From assembly GCA_046719715.1 (NCBI GenBank), contig JBDNCJ010000006.1:8492-72491 (forward strand): a stretch of DNA of 64,000 nt, in the 5' to 3' direction. Origin of the DNA: Chloroherpetonaceae bacterium (GTDB lineage: Bacteria > Bacteroidota > Chlorobiia > Chlorobiales > Thermochlorobacteraceae). The position numbers were made by a program, and so were the translations under genes. The number at the start of each line of letters is the position of its first letter. Position 1 is the first letter of the stretch. This document shows, piece after piece, positions 32,276 through 41,505 of this stretch. The notes below the pieces were generated by a model that ran no database searches, was not told where the DNA came from, and worked only from the letters and a program-made list of their open reading frames with translations.

Positions 32276-32351
32276 GTCATTCCGAGCGACGCGAGGAATC
32301 CATTTGACGAGCTCGGCGAGGCTCGCTGATGGATTCTTCACTACGCTGACG
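32276..32351. repeat. imperfect inverted repeat / nested hairpin element in intergenic region
   Basis: GTCATTCCGAGCGACGCGAGGAATCCAT (32276-32303) pairs imperfectly with ATGGATTCTTCACTACGCTGACG (32329-32351). The loop contains a second small palindrome, CGAGC..GCTCG. Confidence 0.6.
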
Positions 32352-32446
32352 CCCCGTTCTGAACGGCATGCTCTTTTGGTATGAGACGTTGAAATAGACC
32401 GCCGATGCCACGACATTTGCGTCTCCTTTGCTTGTCTCTTCATCGC

Positions 32447-33010
32447 TTATTCGCCAGCCGCTTCTTGTGCGAGTAAGGCGAGCATTTGTGCGTTTTCGGG
32501 GTGAGCGGGAAGTTGGTCGGCGAGTGAAAGTCCGCTGACGTATTTGAACTGAATCGCGCCGTTTTTATCGAGCAGAAATTGTGCGGGAAGCGGCGCGCCG
32601 AGTGCCGCTCCAAGCCCGTATTGCTTGAAGACGCGCCATTCTGAATCGGAAAGCATCACGAAGGGATAGGCTTGTTCGGTCATGATTTGCTTCGTCATCT
32701 CGATATTTGTGGAAGAAACCACGACTACGTTTCCACCCTTTTCAAGAAAGGCTTGGTAATCTTTTTTGAGGTTGTTCAAATGCGGGAAGCAAAGCGGGCA
32801 GAAAATTTTATCGGTAAAAATTCTGGTGAAAACGAGCAAGAGCGGCTTTCCACGAAAGTCAGAGAGTTTGTGCATGTTGCCGTCTGCGTCGGGCAGTTCA
32901 AAATCGGGTGCGACTTCTCCGATTTGAAACTTATTTTCGGCGAAGCGCGGCACGAAGTTCGCAACGAAATTTGCATTGATTGGATTGATGGAGTCAAAAA
33001 TCGACGGCAT
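32447..33010 (-). CDS. AhpC/TSA-family peroxiredoxin-like thiol-disulfide oxidoreductase
   Basis: GEVAPDFELPDADGNMHKLSDFRGKPLLLVF followed by the redox motif FCPLC. Confidence 0.8.
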   Translation of the reverse strand: MPSIFDSINPINANFVANFVPRFAENKFQIGEVAPDFELPDADGNMHKLSDFRGKPLLLVFTRIFTDKIFCPLCFPHLNNLKKDYQAFLEKGGNVVVVSSTNIEMTKQIMTEQAYPFVMLSDSEWRVFKQYGLGAALGAPLPAQFLLDKNGAIQFKYVSGLSLADQLPAHPENAQMLALLAQEAAGE

Positions 33011-33146
33011 TGAAATCTATTGATTTTGTAGATTGGATAAGGCGTTTCGGTTGATTCAAAGAACGATTAAGAACGTGCGATTCGTTTCCAATGATGTTTC
33101 TATTTTATGCTCACAACTGCCGACCAATCACCGTGAAAGCCTGACG

Positions 33147-33335
33147 ATGAAAAACTTGAAAAAAGAGCGATACACGAAATCCACGCTTCCTGAAAAAATT
33201 TGCGAGAGCTGCAATCGCCCGATGTCGTGGCGCAAAGCATGGGCGAAGAATTGGGAAGAGGTTAAATACTGCTCCGACCGATGCCGCGCCGAATCCAAAC
33301 AGAAGCGCAAAACTCAAACTTCAAAGCCTCAATGA
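33147..33335 (+). CDS. DUF2256-type small zinc-ribbon protein
   Basis: CESCNRPMSWRKAWAKNWEEVKYCSDRCR matches the DUF2256 pattern. ATG 33147 is preferred over the upstream start at 33033. Confidence 0.75.
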   Translation: MKNLKKERYTKSTLPEKICESCNRPMSWRKAWAKNWEEVKYCSDRCRAESKQKRKTQTSKPQ

Positions 33336-33667
33336 AAAATAAATATGCCAAACAGCCTTCCGCAATGGAAGTTGAAAATCTCATCTATGAAGTCGCACTC
33401 AATCGCGCCTTGATTTTGATGTTGCTTGAAGAATTAGAGAAAACAAATCCGGGATTGACTGAGCGCGTTCAAGACCTACTGAACGCGGAATCACAGCGCA
33501 TTTACGGGCTGGTTTCTCAATTCGTTGAAGAGCCATCGCCGTATTACGCCCCGCTTTTAGAGATGCGTAAAACACACGACGACGCCGATAAAGCGGCGGC
33601 GATTCTCAAAAGCATTTTGAACGACCCCGAACCGCCCGCAAAACCAAAAGGGAGAAAAAAACGATAG
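33332..33667 (+). CDS. hypothetical protein (111 aa)
   Basis: The ATG at 33332 overlaps the stop of the DUF2256 gene (ATGA). Helical with a basic C-terminus (PAKPKGRKKR). No family recognised. Confidence 0.5.
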   Translation: MKNKYAKQPSAMEVENLIYEVALNRALILMLLEELEKTNPGLTERVQDLLNAESQRIYGLVSQFVEEPSPYYAPLLEMRKTHDDADKAAAILKSILNDPEPPAKPKGRKKR

Positions 33668-33684
33668 GCACTTCTGCTTGAAGT

Positions 33685-35934
33685 TTATGCTTGCAGGGCG
33701 GGCGACTTCGCCTCAACCAGCACGCCAACCGCTCCCGCAATCAGCCCGTTTGAAATCATCGGCGAAAAATGAAAATCGACTTGCGACTCGGCGACGACGA
33801 GCGATGTTGCAACCGATTCCCCCGATAGCACCCGACGGAACGCGCCAAGAAGTTGAGGATACTTGCCGTAGAGTTCATAAATGGATTTCCCTTTTGCAAG
33901 CGTTGACGCCGATTGATGTAGGTCGGTGGATTTTCCGAAGATGCCGGTGATGACTCCCGCATCGTCAAAGGTGATGAGGGAAATTGGCGCGGCGTCGAGC
34001 ATCGGCTCAATCTGCTGTTTGAACTCGCGATATTCGCTCTCGATGGTGGCACGCTTGGTAGCGTCAGTGAGCAAGGTGAGCACGCCGAGCGGATTTCCGA
34101 CCTCGTCGTCGAGGCGCGAAATGAACATCTCCGCGATTTTTTGTTCGCCGTCAGGCGTAAGATATTTGATTTTGCCGTCCCACCGTCCGACGCTTTGCAG
34201 CGACTCCATCGCGGCTTTGCGCTCTTTTGAGGAGGCATACTTGTATTTCATAATTTCGTCCGACTTCTTACCCAACGCCTCGCCCACAGACACGCCGTGA
34301 AACATCGCCGCCGCTTCATTCCAATATCGGATTTCACCAGAGACGCTCACCATCACGACGGCAAGATTAAGCGCGTTGAGAATCGCTGATTTTTCCGTCA
34401 GCATCCGCTCTTTTGCTTTTAACTCTTTTTGTGCCTCGTGGAGTTTGGCGGATTTTTCCTGAACACTGCTTTCTAAAATTTTCACGTCGCTTTCAAGACG
34501 CTCGACTTCTCGGTCGGCTTGCTCCCAATCGGCACGCAACTGCGAAATCGTGCTTTGGGCGTCGGCGAGTTCGGCAACGAGTTTTGCAATTTCAGTTTCA
34601 AGTTTTGCTTCTTTTTCGGGATTGCCTTTTGGCTGTGCCGCAAGGGTTTGAATGGTTTGATTTGCCTGTGAAAGTTCTTGTTCGAGCTTTTGTCGTTTGC
34701 TTGTTTCTTCGCCGAGTTTTGCGCGAAGGTCGGCGAGTTCTTTGGTGAAACGTTGAGCGAGCGACTGCGCCGATTCTTGCGCCGCTGTCAATTTTGATTC
34801 AAGGCTTCGCTTTTCTTCTTCGGCGTTTACCAGTTCGGCTTTTGCGGTTTCGATTTGTTCGGAAAATGCGCCGGCGTTGTTTACTTGCTTATTGAGCGCG
34901 GCGTCGTATTGCTTGAACATCGCTTCAAATTGAGCGAGTTGGTTGCCTGCATTCTCGACGGCTTCGCGAAGTTGATTGCCGGTGATGAGCGCGTCTTGAA
35001 GCTCGATGCGCAGTTGCATTTCCGCCTCTTGCGCTTTATCGACCTCGTTCATCAATTCTTTTTCGCGCTCTGCTTTTTCGGAGAGTTCGGCTTTGAGCCG
35101 CGTATTGGCTTGTCGCTCTTCTTCGTAGGCGATTGCCGAAAGCCGCGCTTTTTCTTCCGCTGTTTTCAAGGCATCGGTAAGTTCATTGAGGGTTTGGCGC
35201 GCCGCTTCAAGTTGCGATTCAAGATGTGAATTTATTGATGCGTTGCTTTGAAGCGATTGAAGTTGAGCACGAGACAGGTCGAGGGCGTTTTGGAGTTCGA
35301 AGTTGTTTGCATTCAGCGTGGCAATGGTATCGGTAAGCTCATCGATTTTTTTCTGCATATCGTCTATGACGACGGAGGAAGCGGCGTGGCTCGACACATC
35401 AGGCAAGGCGGGCTTGTGCGGTTCTTTTTCCGTCGTTGGCGCGGGAAGCGGTTCATCTTCAAGAAACGGCGACTGCAATCGCGCTAATTGTGCTCGTACC
35501 GCTTCGAGATTTCTCATGAAGTCTTCCGACGGTTGCGGGATTTGCGTCTGCGGGTTTGAGACGGGCTTCCGACTTAAAATTTCCCGAATTGCCGCCGTTA
35601 AAAATTTCAAATGCGACTTAAACACATAATCCGATGCGCCGCTTTTCAAGACCTCCGCAACGACGGCTTCATCGGTAATTTTTGAGAGCACAATGACGGG
35701 AATATGAATCGATTTTGATTTCAAGTGAGCGATGACGTCGCTCACAGTTTTGCGCTTTTGAAGAGCGTATTCGCAAAGCACCAAGTCAAAGGTTTGCTCT
35801 TCGAGTGCTTCTTCAAATTCTTCAAATGATTCTACATGCTCAATATCGGGGTGGAGTTCATCGCTTTTGAGCGTCAGCCAAGCCACTTGCGCGTCCAAGA
35901 GCGAGGTGTCAAAATGAAGAATGCGAATACTCAT
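33685..35934 (-). CDS. atypical receiver (Asp->Glu) - long coiled-coil - tandem PAS protein
   Basis: 749 aa. The N-terminal CheY-like fold has E where the phospho-acceptor D is expected (FDLVLCEYAL). Conserved S (VIVLSK) and K (DYVFKS) are retained. About 330 aa of heptad-rich sequence follow, then C-terminal PAS-like regions. No recognisable output domain. Confidence 0.7.
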   Translation of the reverse strand: MSIRILHFDTSLLDAQVAWLTLKSDELHPDIEHVESFEEFEEALEEQTFDLVLCEYALQKRKTVSDVIAHLKSKSIHIPVIVLSKITDEAVVAEVLKSGASDYVFKSHLKFLTAAIREILSRKPVSNPQTQIPQPSEDFMRNLEAVRAQLARLQSPFLEDEPLPAPTTEKEPHKPALPDVSSHAASSVVIDDMQKKIDELTDTIATLNANNFELQNALDLSRAQLQSLQSNASINSHLESQLEAARQTLNELTDALKTAEEKARLSAIAYEEERQANTRLKAELSEKAEREKELMNEVDKAQEAEMQLRIELQDALITGNQLREAVENAGNQLAQFEAMFKQYDAALNKQVNNAGAFSEQIETAKAELVNAEEEKRSLESKLTAAQESAQSLAQRFTKELADLRAKLGEETSKRQKLEQELSQANQTIQTLAAQPKGNPEKEAKLETEIAKLVAELADAQSTISQLRADWEQADREVERLESDVKILESSVQEKSAKLHEAQKELKAKERMLTEKSAILNALNLAVVMVSVSGEIRYWNEAAAMFHGVSVGEALGKKSDEIMKYKYASSKERKAAMESLQSVGRWDGKIKYLTPDGEQKIAEMFISRLDDEVGNPLGVLTLLTDATKRATIESEYREFKQQIEPMLDAAPISLITFDDAGVITGIFGKSTDLHQSASTLAKGKSIYELYGKYPQLLGAFRRVLSGESVATSLVVAESQVDFHFSPMISNGLIAGAVGVLVEAKSPALQA

Positions 35935-35955
35935 CGTTGTGTAGTTTTTTCAAAA

Positions 35956-36897
35956 TTATTCAAAAAGTGCTTGAACGAATTTCCGTCGGTCGAAGAGTTG
36001 CAAGTCGTCAATTTTTTCGCCGACGCCGATATACTTGACGGGAATGTTCAGTTCGTTTGAAATGGCAATCACCACGCCGCCTTTGGCTGTGCCGTCGAGC
36101 TTGGTGAGAATCAGCCCTGTTACATCGACGGCTTTGGTAAATTCTTTGGCTTGATTGAGAGCATTTTGCCCTGTTGAGCCATCTAAGACGAGCAAAACTT
36201 CATTTGGCGCGTCGGGCAGTTTCTTTTTCATCACGCGCTTGATTTTGGCGAGTTCTTCCATCAAGTGCGTTTTGTTGTGCAAGCGTCCCGCCGTATCGAC
36301 CAAGACGACGTCGACGTCTTTTGCAATGGCGGAAGAAACAGCGTCAAAAACGACGGCGCTGGGGTCGACGCCCTGACCTTGCGAGACAATCGGCACACCG
36401 GCGCGCTCCGCCCAAATTTCCAACTGCTCTGTGGCGGCGGCGCGAAACGTATCGGCGGCGGCAATCAAGACCTTCTTCCCCGCGCTTTTGTAATTATACG
36501 CCATCTTTCCAATGCTCGTCGTTTTTCCAACACCATTGACGCCGACAATCATAATCACATAGGGCTTCTTGGGCAATGTTGCGTCAAAATCGACCACCGT
36601 TACCTCGCGTGCGTCGCGCATCAATTTTTGAATTTCATCGCGGAGCATCGCGTCTAACTCTTGCTCGCTGGTATAACGCTCTTTTTTAGCGCGCATCGAG
36701 ATGGATTCCACGATTTTAAGCGTCGTTGGCACGCCCACATCTGCCGAAATGAGAATTTGCTCCAACTCCTCCAAAAATTCATCATCTATTTTTGTTTTGC
36801 CCTTTACAAGACGAGAAATTTTTCCGAACAAATTTTCCCTCGTTTTTGCAAGACCTTCTTTCAGTCGCGAAAGTTTGAAGGCGTCAAAAAAGCCCAT
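35956..36897 (-). CDS. ftsY: signal recognition particle receptor FtsY
   Basis: GVNGVGKTTSIGK, DTAGRLHNK and LTKLDGTAKGG are present. Confidence 0.95.
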   Translation of the reverse strand: MGFFDAFKLSRLKEGLAKTRENLFGKISRLVKGKTKIDDEFLEELEQILISADVGVPTTLKIVESISMRAKKERYTSEQELDAMLRDEIQKLMRDAREVTVVDFDATLPKKPYVIMIVGVNGVGKTTSIGKMAYNYKSAGKKVLIAAADTFRAAATEQLEIWAERAGVPIVSQGQGVDPSAVVFDAVSSAIAKDVDVVLVDTAGRLHNKTHLMEELAKIKRVMKKKLPDAPNEVLLVLDGSTGQNALNQAKEFTKAVDVTGLILTKLDGTAKGGVVIAISNELNIPVKYIGVGEKIDDLQLFDRRKFVQALFE

Positions 36898-36908
36898 GTT
36901 GGTTGTGC

Positions 36909-37652
36909 CTATGATTTTAAGGTTATTAAATTTTCGGCGAAGCCGACGGCGCGCGTGGCAAGTTCCAACGCTGTTTTTGCGTCAACTTCAAATTCAACGC
37001 TCTCGTAGCGCATCTCGACGGCAAAGTCGTTGAGTTTTGACGCATCGTTTAACTCTGCTTCAACTTCAATTGCGTTTGCCGCAAGCAATTTCAAAATCTC
37101 TCCCAAATCGTGCGTTCTCGGAAAATGAACGTTCTGATGCGCAAGCACGGCTTTGAGTGCCTTCTCTACCGCTTGTTGCGCATTGAAGCCAATTCCTTCC
37201 ATATCGTTTGGGCTGACTGCAAAGAGCGTTTCGGCTCGCTCTTTATCTTTCTTGGCTTTTTCCAAGAGGGTTTTCGCAATGTCCTGATTGGTTTTCATTT
37301 CCGCTGGGTTGTTCGCCATTCGCTTTGCTGACACATCTTCGTAAAGCACAACGCCTTCGTCTCTGATGTTTCGCCACAGTCCGACCGTTACGCCCTTCAT
37401 CGCCTCGCACTCCGATTGATGCTTGACCAACAGTTGAACCCGTGCGGGCAACTTCCCCACTGCCGATTTCAATTTCATTCGTTCCTGTTTCAAATCCACC
37501 TCGTCCGAAAGCATCACGAGCACATCGTAATCGCTTTCTTCGTCGTAATCGCCTCGCGCCCGCGAGCCAAACAGCACCACCTTCACAGGCGACGACACCC
37601 GACGCACTTCGCCGAGAATTTCTTGCTCAATTTCATCTATGACGGTTTTCAT
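36909..37652 (-). CDS. nucleotidyltransferase-HEPN fusion protein, copy A
   Basis: 247 aa. N-terminal minimal NTase (VVLFGSRARGDYDEESDYDVLVML) and a C-terminal classical HEPN-like four-helix region (..QQAVEKALKAVLAH..FPRTHDLGEILKLL..FAVEMRY). Confidence 0.8.
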   Translation of the reverse strand: MKTVIDEIEQEILGEVRRVSSPVKVVLFGSRARGDYDEESDYDVLVMLSDEVDLKQERMKLKSAVGKLPARVQLLVKHQSECEAMKGVTVGLWRNIRDEGVVLYEDVSAKRMANNPAEMKTNQDIAKTLLEKAKKDKERAETLFAVSPNDMEGIGFNAQQAVEKALKAVLAHQNVHFPRTHDLGEILKLLAANAIEVEAELNDASKLNDFAVEMRYESVEFEVDAKTALELATRAVGFAENLITLKS

Positions 37653-38357
37653 GGATTCACAGTCCTTTTGTTAGCAATGCTTCAGCGAAGGCGACGGCGC
37701 GTGTGGCAAGTTCCAACGCTGTTTTTGCGTCAACTTCAAATTCAACGCTCTCGTAGCGCATCTCGACGGCAAAGTCGTTGAGTTTTGACACATCGTTTAA
37801 CTCTGCTTCAACTTCAATTCCGTTTGCCGCAAGCAATTTCAAAATCTCTCCCAAATCGTGCGTTCTCGGAAAATGAACGTCGTGATGCGCAAGCACGGCT
37901 TTGAGTGCCTTCTCTACCGCTTGCTGGCAGTGAAATCCGATTGCTTCCATTTCATTCAAGTGCTCGTTCAGCACCAATGCCGATTTCAAATCTACTTTCG
38001 CTTTTTCCAAGAGGGTTCTCGCGACGTCTTGATTGGTTTTCATTTCCGCTGGGTTATTCGCCATTCGCTTTGCTGACACATCTTCGTAAAGCACAACGCC
38101 TTCGTCTCTGATGTTTCGCCACAGTCCGACCGTTACGCCCTTCATCGCCTCGCACTCCGATTGATGCTTGACCAACAGTTGAACCCGCGCGGGCAACTTC
38201 CCCACTGCCGATTTCAATTTCATTCGTTCTTGTTTCAAATCCACCTCGTCCGAAAGCACCACGAGCACATCGTAATCGCTTTCTTCGTCGTAATCGCCTC
38301 GCGCCCGTGAGCCAAACAGCACCACCTTCACAGGCGACGACACCCGACGCACTTCGC
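36944..38357. repeat. tandem direct duplication (~670 bp x2, period 748/745 bp)
   Basis: 36944-37612 and 37692-38357 are nearly identical nucleotide for nucleotide, with scattered single differences. The exception is one divergent patch, 37176-37254 versus 37924-37999. Confidence 0.9.
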
Positions 38358-38439
38358 GAAGTATTTCCACTTCAAATCCATCAAGCGCGATTTTGTGCTC
38401 AACTTGACTATCTTCAATTCCTTTGAAAGCCAAAGCCAT
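37657..38439 (-). CDS. nucleotidyltransferase-HEPN fusion protein, copy B
   Basis: Near-identical paralogue of copy A. The ORF runs to 38487, but that ATG overlaps the thiL ATG head-to-head, so the internal ATG at 38439 (MALAFKG..) is more plausible. Confidence 0.78.
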   Translation of the reverse strand: MALAFKGIEDSQVEHKIALDGFEVEILREVRRVSSPVKVVLFGSRARGDYDEESDYDVLVVLSDEVDLKQERMKLKSAVGKLPARVQLLVKHQSECEAMKGVTVGLWRNIRDEGVVLYEDVSAKRMANNPAEMKTNQDVARTLLEKAKVDLKSALVLNEHLNEMEAIGFHCQQAVEKALKAVLAHHDVHFPRTHDLGEILKLLAANGIEVEAELNDVSKLNDFAVEMRYESVEFEVDAKTALELATRAVAFAEALLTKGL

Positions 38440-38480
38440 CTTTTTCGTTATTTTGTCTGAATATAAAACTTCCTTGTTCA

Positions 38481-39686
38481 ATGTCATTTACACGCATCTC
38501 TGAAATCGGGGAATTTGCTTTGATTGACCGACTTGCAACCCTCATTCAACCAACCGAATCTCAACTTTCCACGCTCAAAAAAGGTATCGGCGACGACTGC
38601 GCCGTCATTGAACTTCCAAACGGCAAATTGCAAGTCATTTCCACCGATTTGCTCATTGAACAGATTCATTTTGATTTACTCACCACGCCGCTCGAGCACT
38701 TGGGCGCGAAAGCCATCAGCGTGAATGTTTCTGACATTTGCGCCATGAACGCCAAGCCGCTTTATGCGACGATGAGCATTGGACTTTCCAACAATGTTTC
38801 CGTCGAGATGATTGAGCAGATTTACGAAGGCGCGACGCGCGTTGCCAAGCAATACGGCATTGCGATTGTCGGCGGCGACACGTCGGCGAGCATCACGGGA
38901 TTGGTGATTTCGGTTACGATTGTCGGCGAAGTTGATGCCGATAAAATCACCTATCGAAGCGGCGCAAAGTCAGGCGACTTCATCTGCATTACGGGCGATG
39001 TCGGACGGTCGTTTGCGGGCTTGAAAGTGCTTATGCGCGAGCGTCAAACGATGCTTGATACCTTCGCGGAAAATCCCGATATGGATAAATCCACTTACAA
39101 AGCCGATTTGTCGGAATATCAAAAAGCGATTGAAAAACACCTGCTTCCCAAAGCGCGCATTGATGCGGTCAAGTTTTTTCATGAGGCGGGAATTGTTCCA
39201 ACCTCAATGATTGATGTTTCAGATGGCGTTGCGTCTGAACTCAAACACCTCTGCCGAAATTCACAAACGGGCGCGTTGATTGAAGAATCCAAGATCCCGA
39301 TTCTTTCCGAGACGCGCGAAGTTTCGGACGAATTCGAAGATGATGGCACCACCTACGCGCTTTTCGGTGGCGAAGACTACGAATTGCTTTTTACGATTTC
39401 GCCAAACGATTTAGAAAAACTCTCTGCGTTTAAAGACATTCACATCATCGGCAAAGTGCTCGACGCTTCCCATGGCGTTAAAATGCGCGACCTCTTCGGC
39501 ACCGATATCGACTTGCAAAACACTTCTGGCTTTCAACACTTCGCCGAAGAAGACGAGCACTTTTTTGAAGACGAAGACGAACACACTCACAACGGACACG
39601 ACCACGATGCACACGGTCGTAATGGGCATAATCATAACGGACATGATGACGCGGACGAAGACATTTGGGGCGAGCGCAAAAATTAA
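38481..39686 (+). CDS. thiL: thiamine-monophosphate kinase with His/Asp/Glu-rich C-terminal extension
   Basis: ThiL blocks IGDDCAVIE, DICAMNAKP and VGGDTS are present. About 50 extra C-terminal residues read EEDEHFFEDEDEHTHNGHDHDAHGRNGHNHNGHDDADED. Confidence 0.88.
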   Translation: MSFTRISEIGEFALIDRLATLIQPTESQLSTLKKGIGDDCAVIELPNGKLQVISTDLLIEQIHFDLLTTPLEHLGAKAISVNVSDICAMNAKPLYATMSIGLSNNVSVEMIEQIYEGATRVAKQYGIAIVGGDTSASITGLVISVTIVGEVDADKITYRSGAKSGDFICITGDVGRSFAGLKVLMRERQTMLDTFAENPDMDKSTYKADLSEYQKAIEKHLLPKARIDAVKFFHEAGIVPTSMIDVSDGVASELKHLCRNSQTGALIEESKIPILSETREVSDEFEDDGTTYALFGGEDYELLFTISPNDLEKLSAFKDIHIIGKVLDASHGVKMRDLFGTDIDLQNTSGFQHFAEEDEHFFEDEDEHTHNGHDHDAHGRNGHNHNGHDDADEDIWGERKN

Positions 39687-39706
39687 CGTGGCTATGATTG
39701 ACGCCG

Positions 39707-40225
39707 TTACTTGAAAATGTCTTCCAAGCGCAGTTCCACTCCTGTGGCTTTGTCAGTAATCAAGCCTTTGGTGAAAGTTTCTGTCGGTGAATCAGGATAA
39801 AAGATGTGAACGGTTTTCAGCGGCGGAAGGATAATCCAAGCGGATTTGACGCCAGCGGGAAAGTAGACATCGCGGATTTTTTCCACCAGCTCGTTGAGCG
39901 GCTGGGTCGGCGAAAGAATTTCAATCGTTGTAATCGGCGGAGTTTTCATTTTCGGCTCGTCGCGCTCCCAATCATCTTGCATTACAGGATAGATTGCCAA
40001 ATCGGGGTTTGCTTTCCCCGAACTCAATTCCAAACTCAGCTCACTGAACACATCATACTTTTCATCATATCGGCTTATCAGAGCGAATGATAATCGTGCT
40101 TCAATCTTTGAATGGTTTTTGCTTGGCATAGGTTTTCCACGTTCAAGTTCGTATTGAGAGAGCGTTTGTTGGGTTTCAAGTGCGGTGGTTTCCATCGTGC
40201 GATTTCGGTTTAGGTTATGCGCCAA
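39707..40225 (-). CDS. Uma2-family (DUF820) putative endonuclease
   Basis: YELERGKPMPSKNHSKIEARLSFAL.. and the D/E..EILSP pattern (TIEILSPTQ) are typical of the Uma2/PD-(D/E)xK-like family. Confidence 0.68.
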   Translation of the reverse strand: MAHNLNRNRTMETTALETQQTLSQYELERGKPMPSKNHSKIEARLSFALISRYDEKYDVFSELSLELSSGKANPDLAIYPVMQDDWERDEPKMKTPPITTIEILSPTQPLNELVEKIRDVYFPAGVKSAWIILPPLKTVHIFYPDSPTETFTKGLITDKATGVELRLEDIFK

Positions 40226-40295
40226 ATTTTCAACGGGTGAAACATAGTCAAACGGACGGGTTCTCGCAATTGAGGGCGAAGTTTCGTATTATTGA

Positions 40296-41429
<1,134 letters not shown>

Positions 41430-41474
41430 TTCAACCAACCATTTCACAGTTCTTTACAAAGCCCTCTTTTTATT

Positions 41475-41505
41475 GCGAGGATTACAGCGAGGATTACAGC
41501 GAGGA
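41475..41505. repeat. 12-nt tandem repeat GCGAGGATTACA x2.6 downstream of gap
   Basis: Read directly: 41475-41486, 41487-41498 and a partial copy at 41499-41505. It is flanked by AAAGCCCTC (41458-41466) and GGGGGCTTT (41508-41516), which can pair, followed by a T-run. Confidence 0.7.

Noticed and set aside
32108-32443. 111-aa minus-strand ORF spanning the usp-peroxiredoxin intergenic region
   Set aside because: It overlaps the 3' end of the usp gene and reads straight through the inverted-repeat element. It has no RBS, and its composition looks like translated repeat sequence.
38440-38487. 16-codon N-terminal extension of NTase-HEPN copy B
   Set aside because: Its ATG (38487-38485) overlaps the thiL ATG (38481-38483) head to head, which would leave no promoter or RBS space. 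Copy A has no equivalent extension, so the start at 38439 is preferred. The longer form cannot be excluded.
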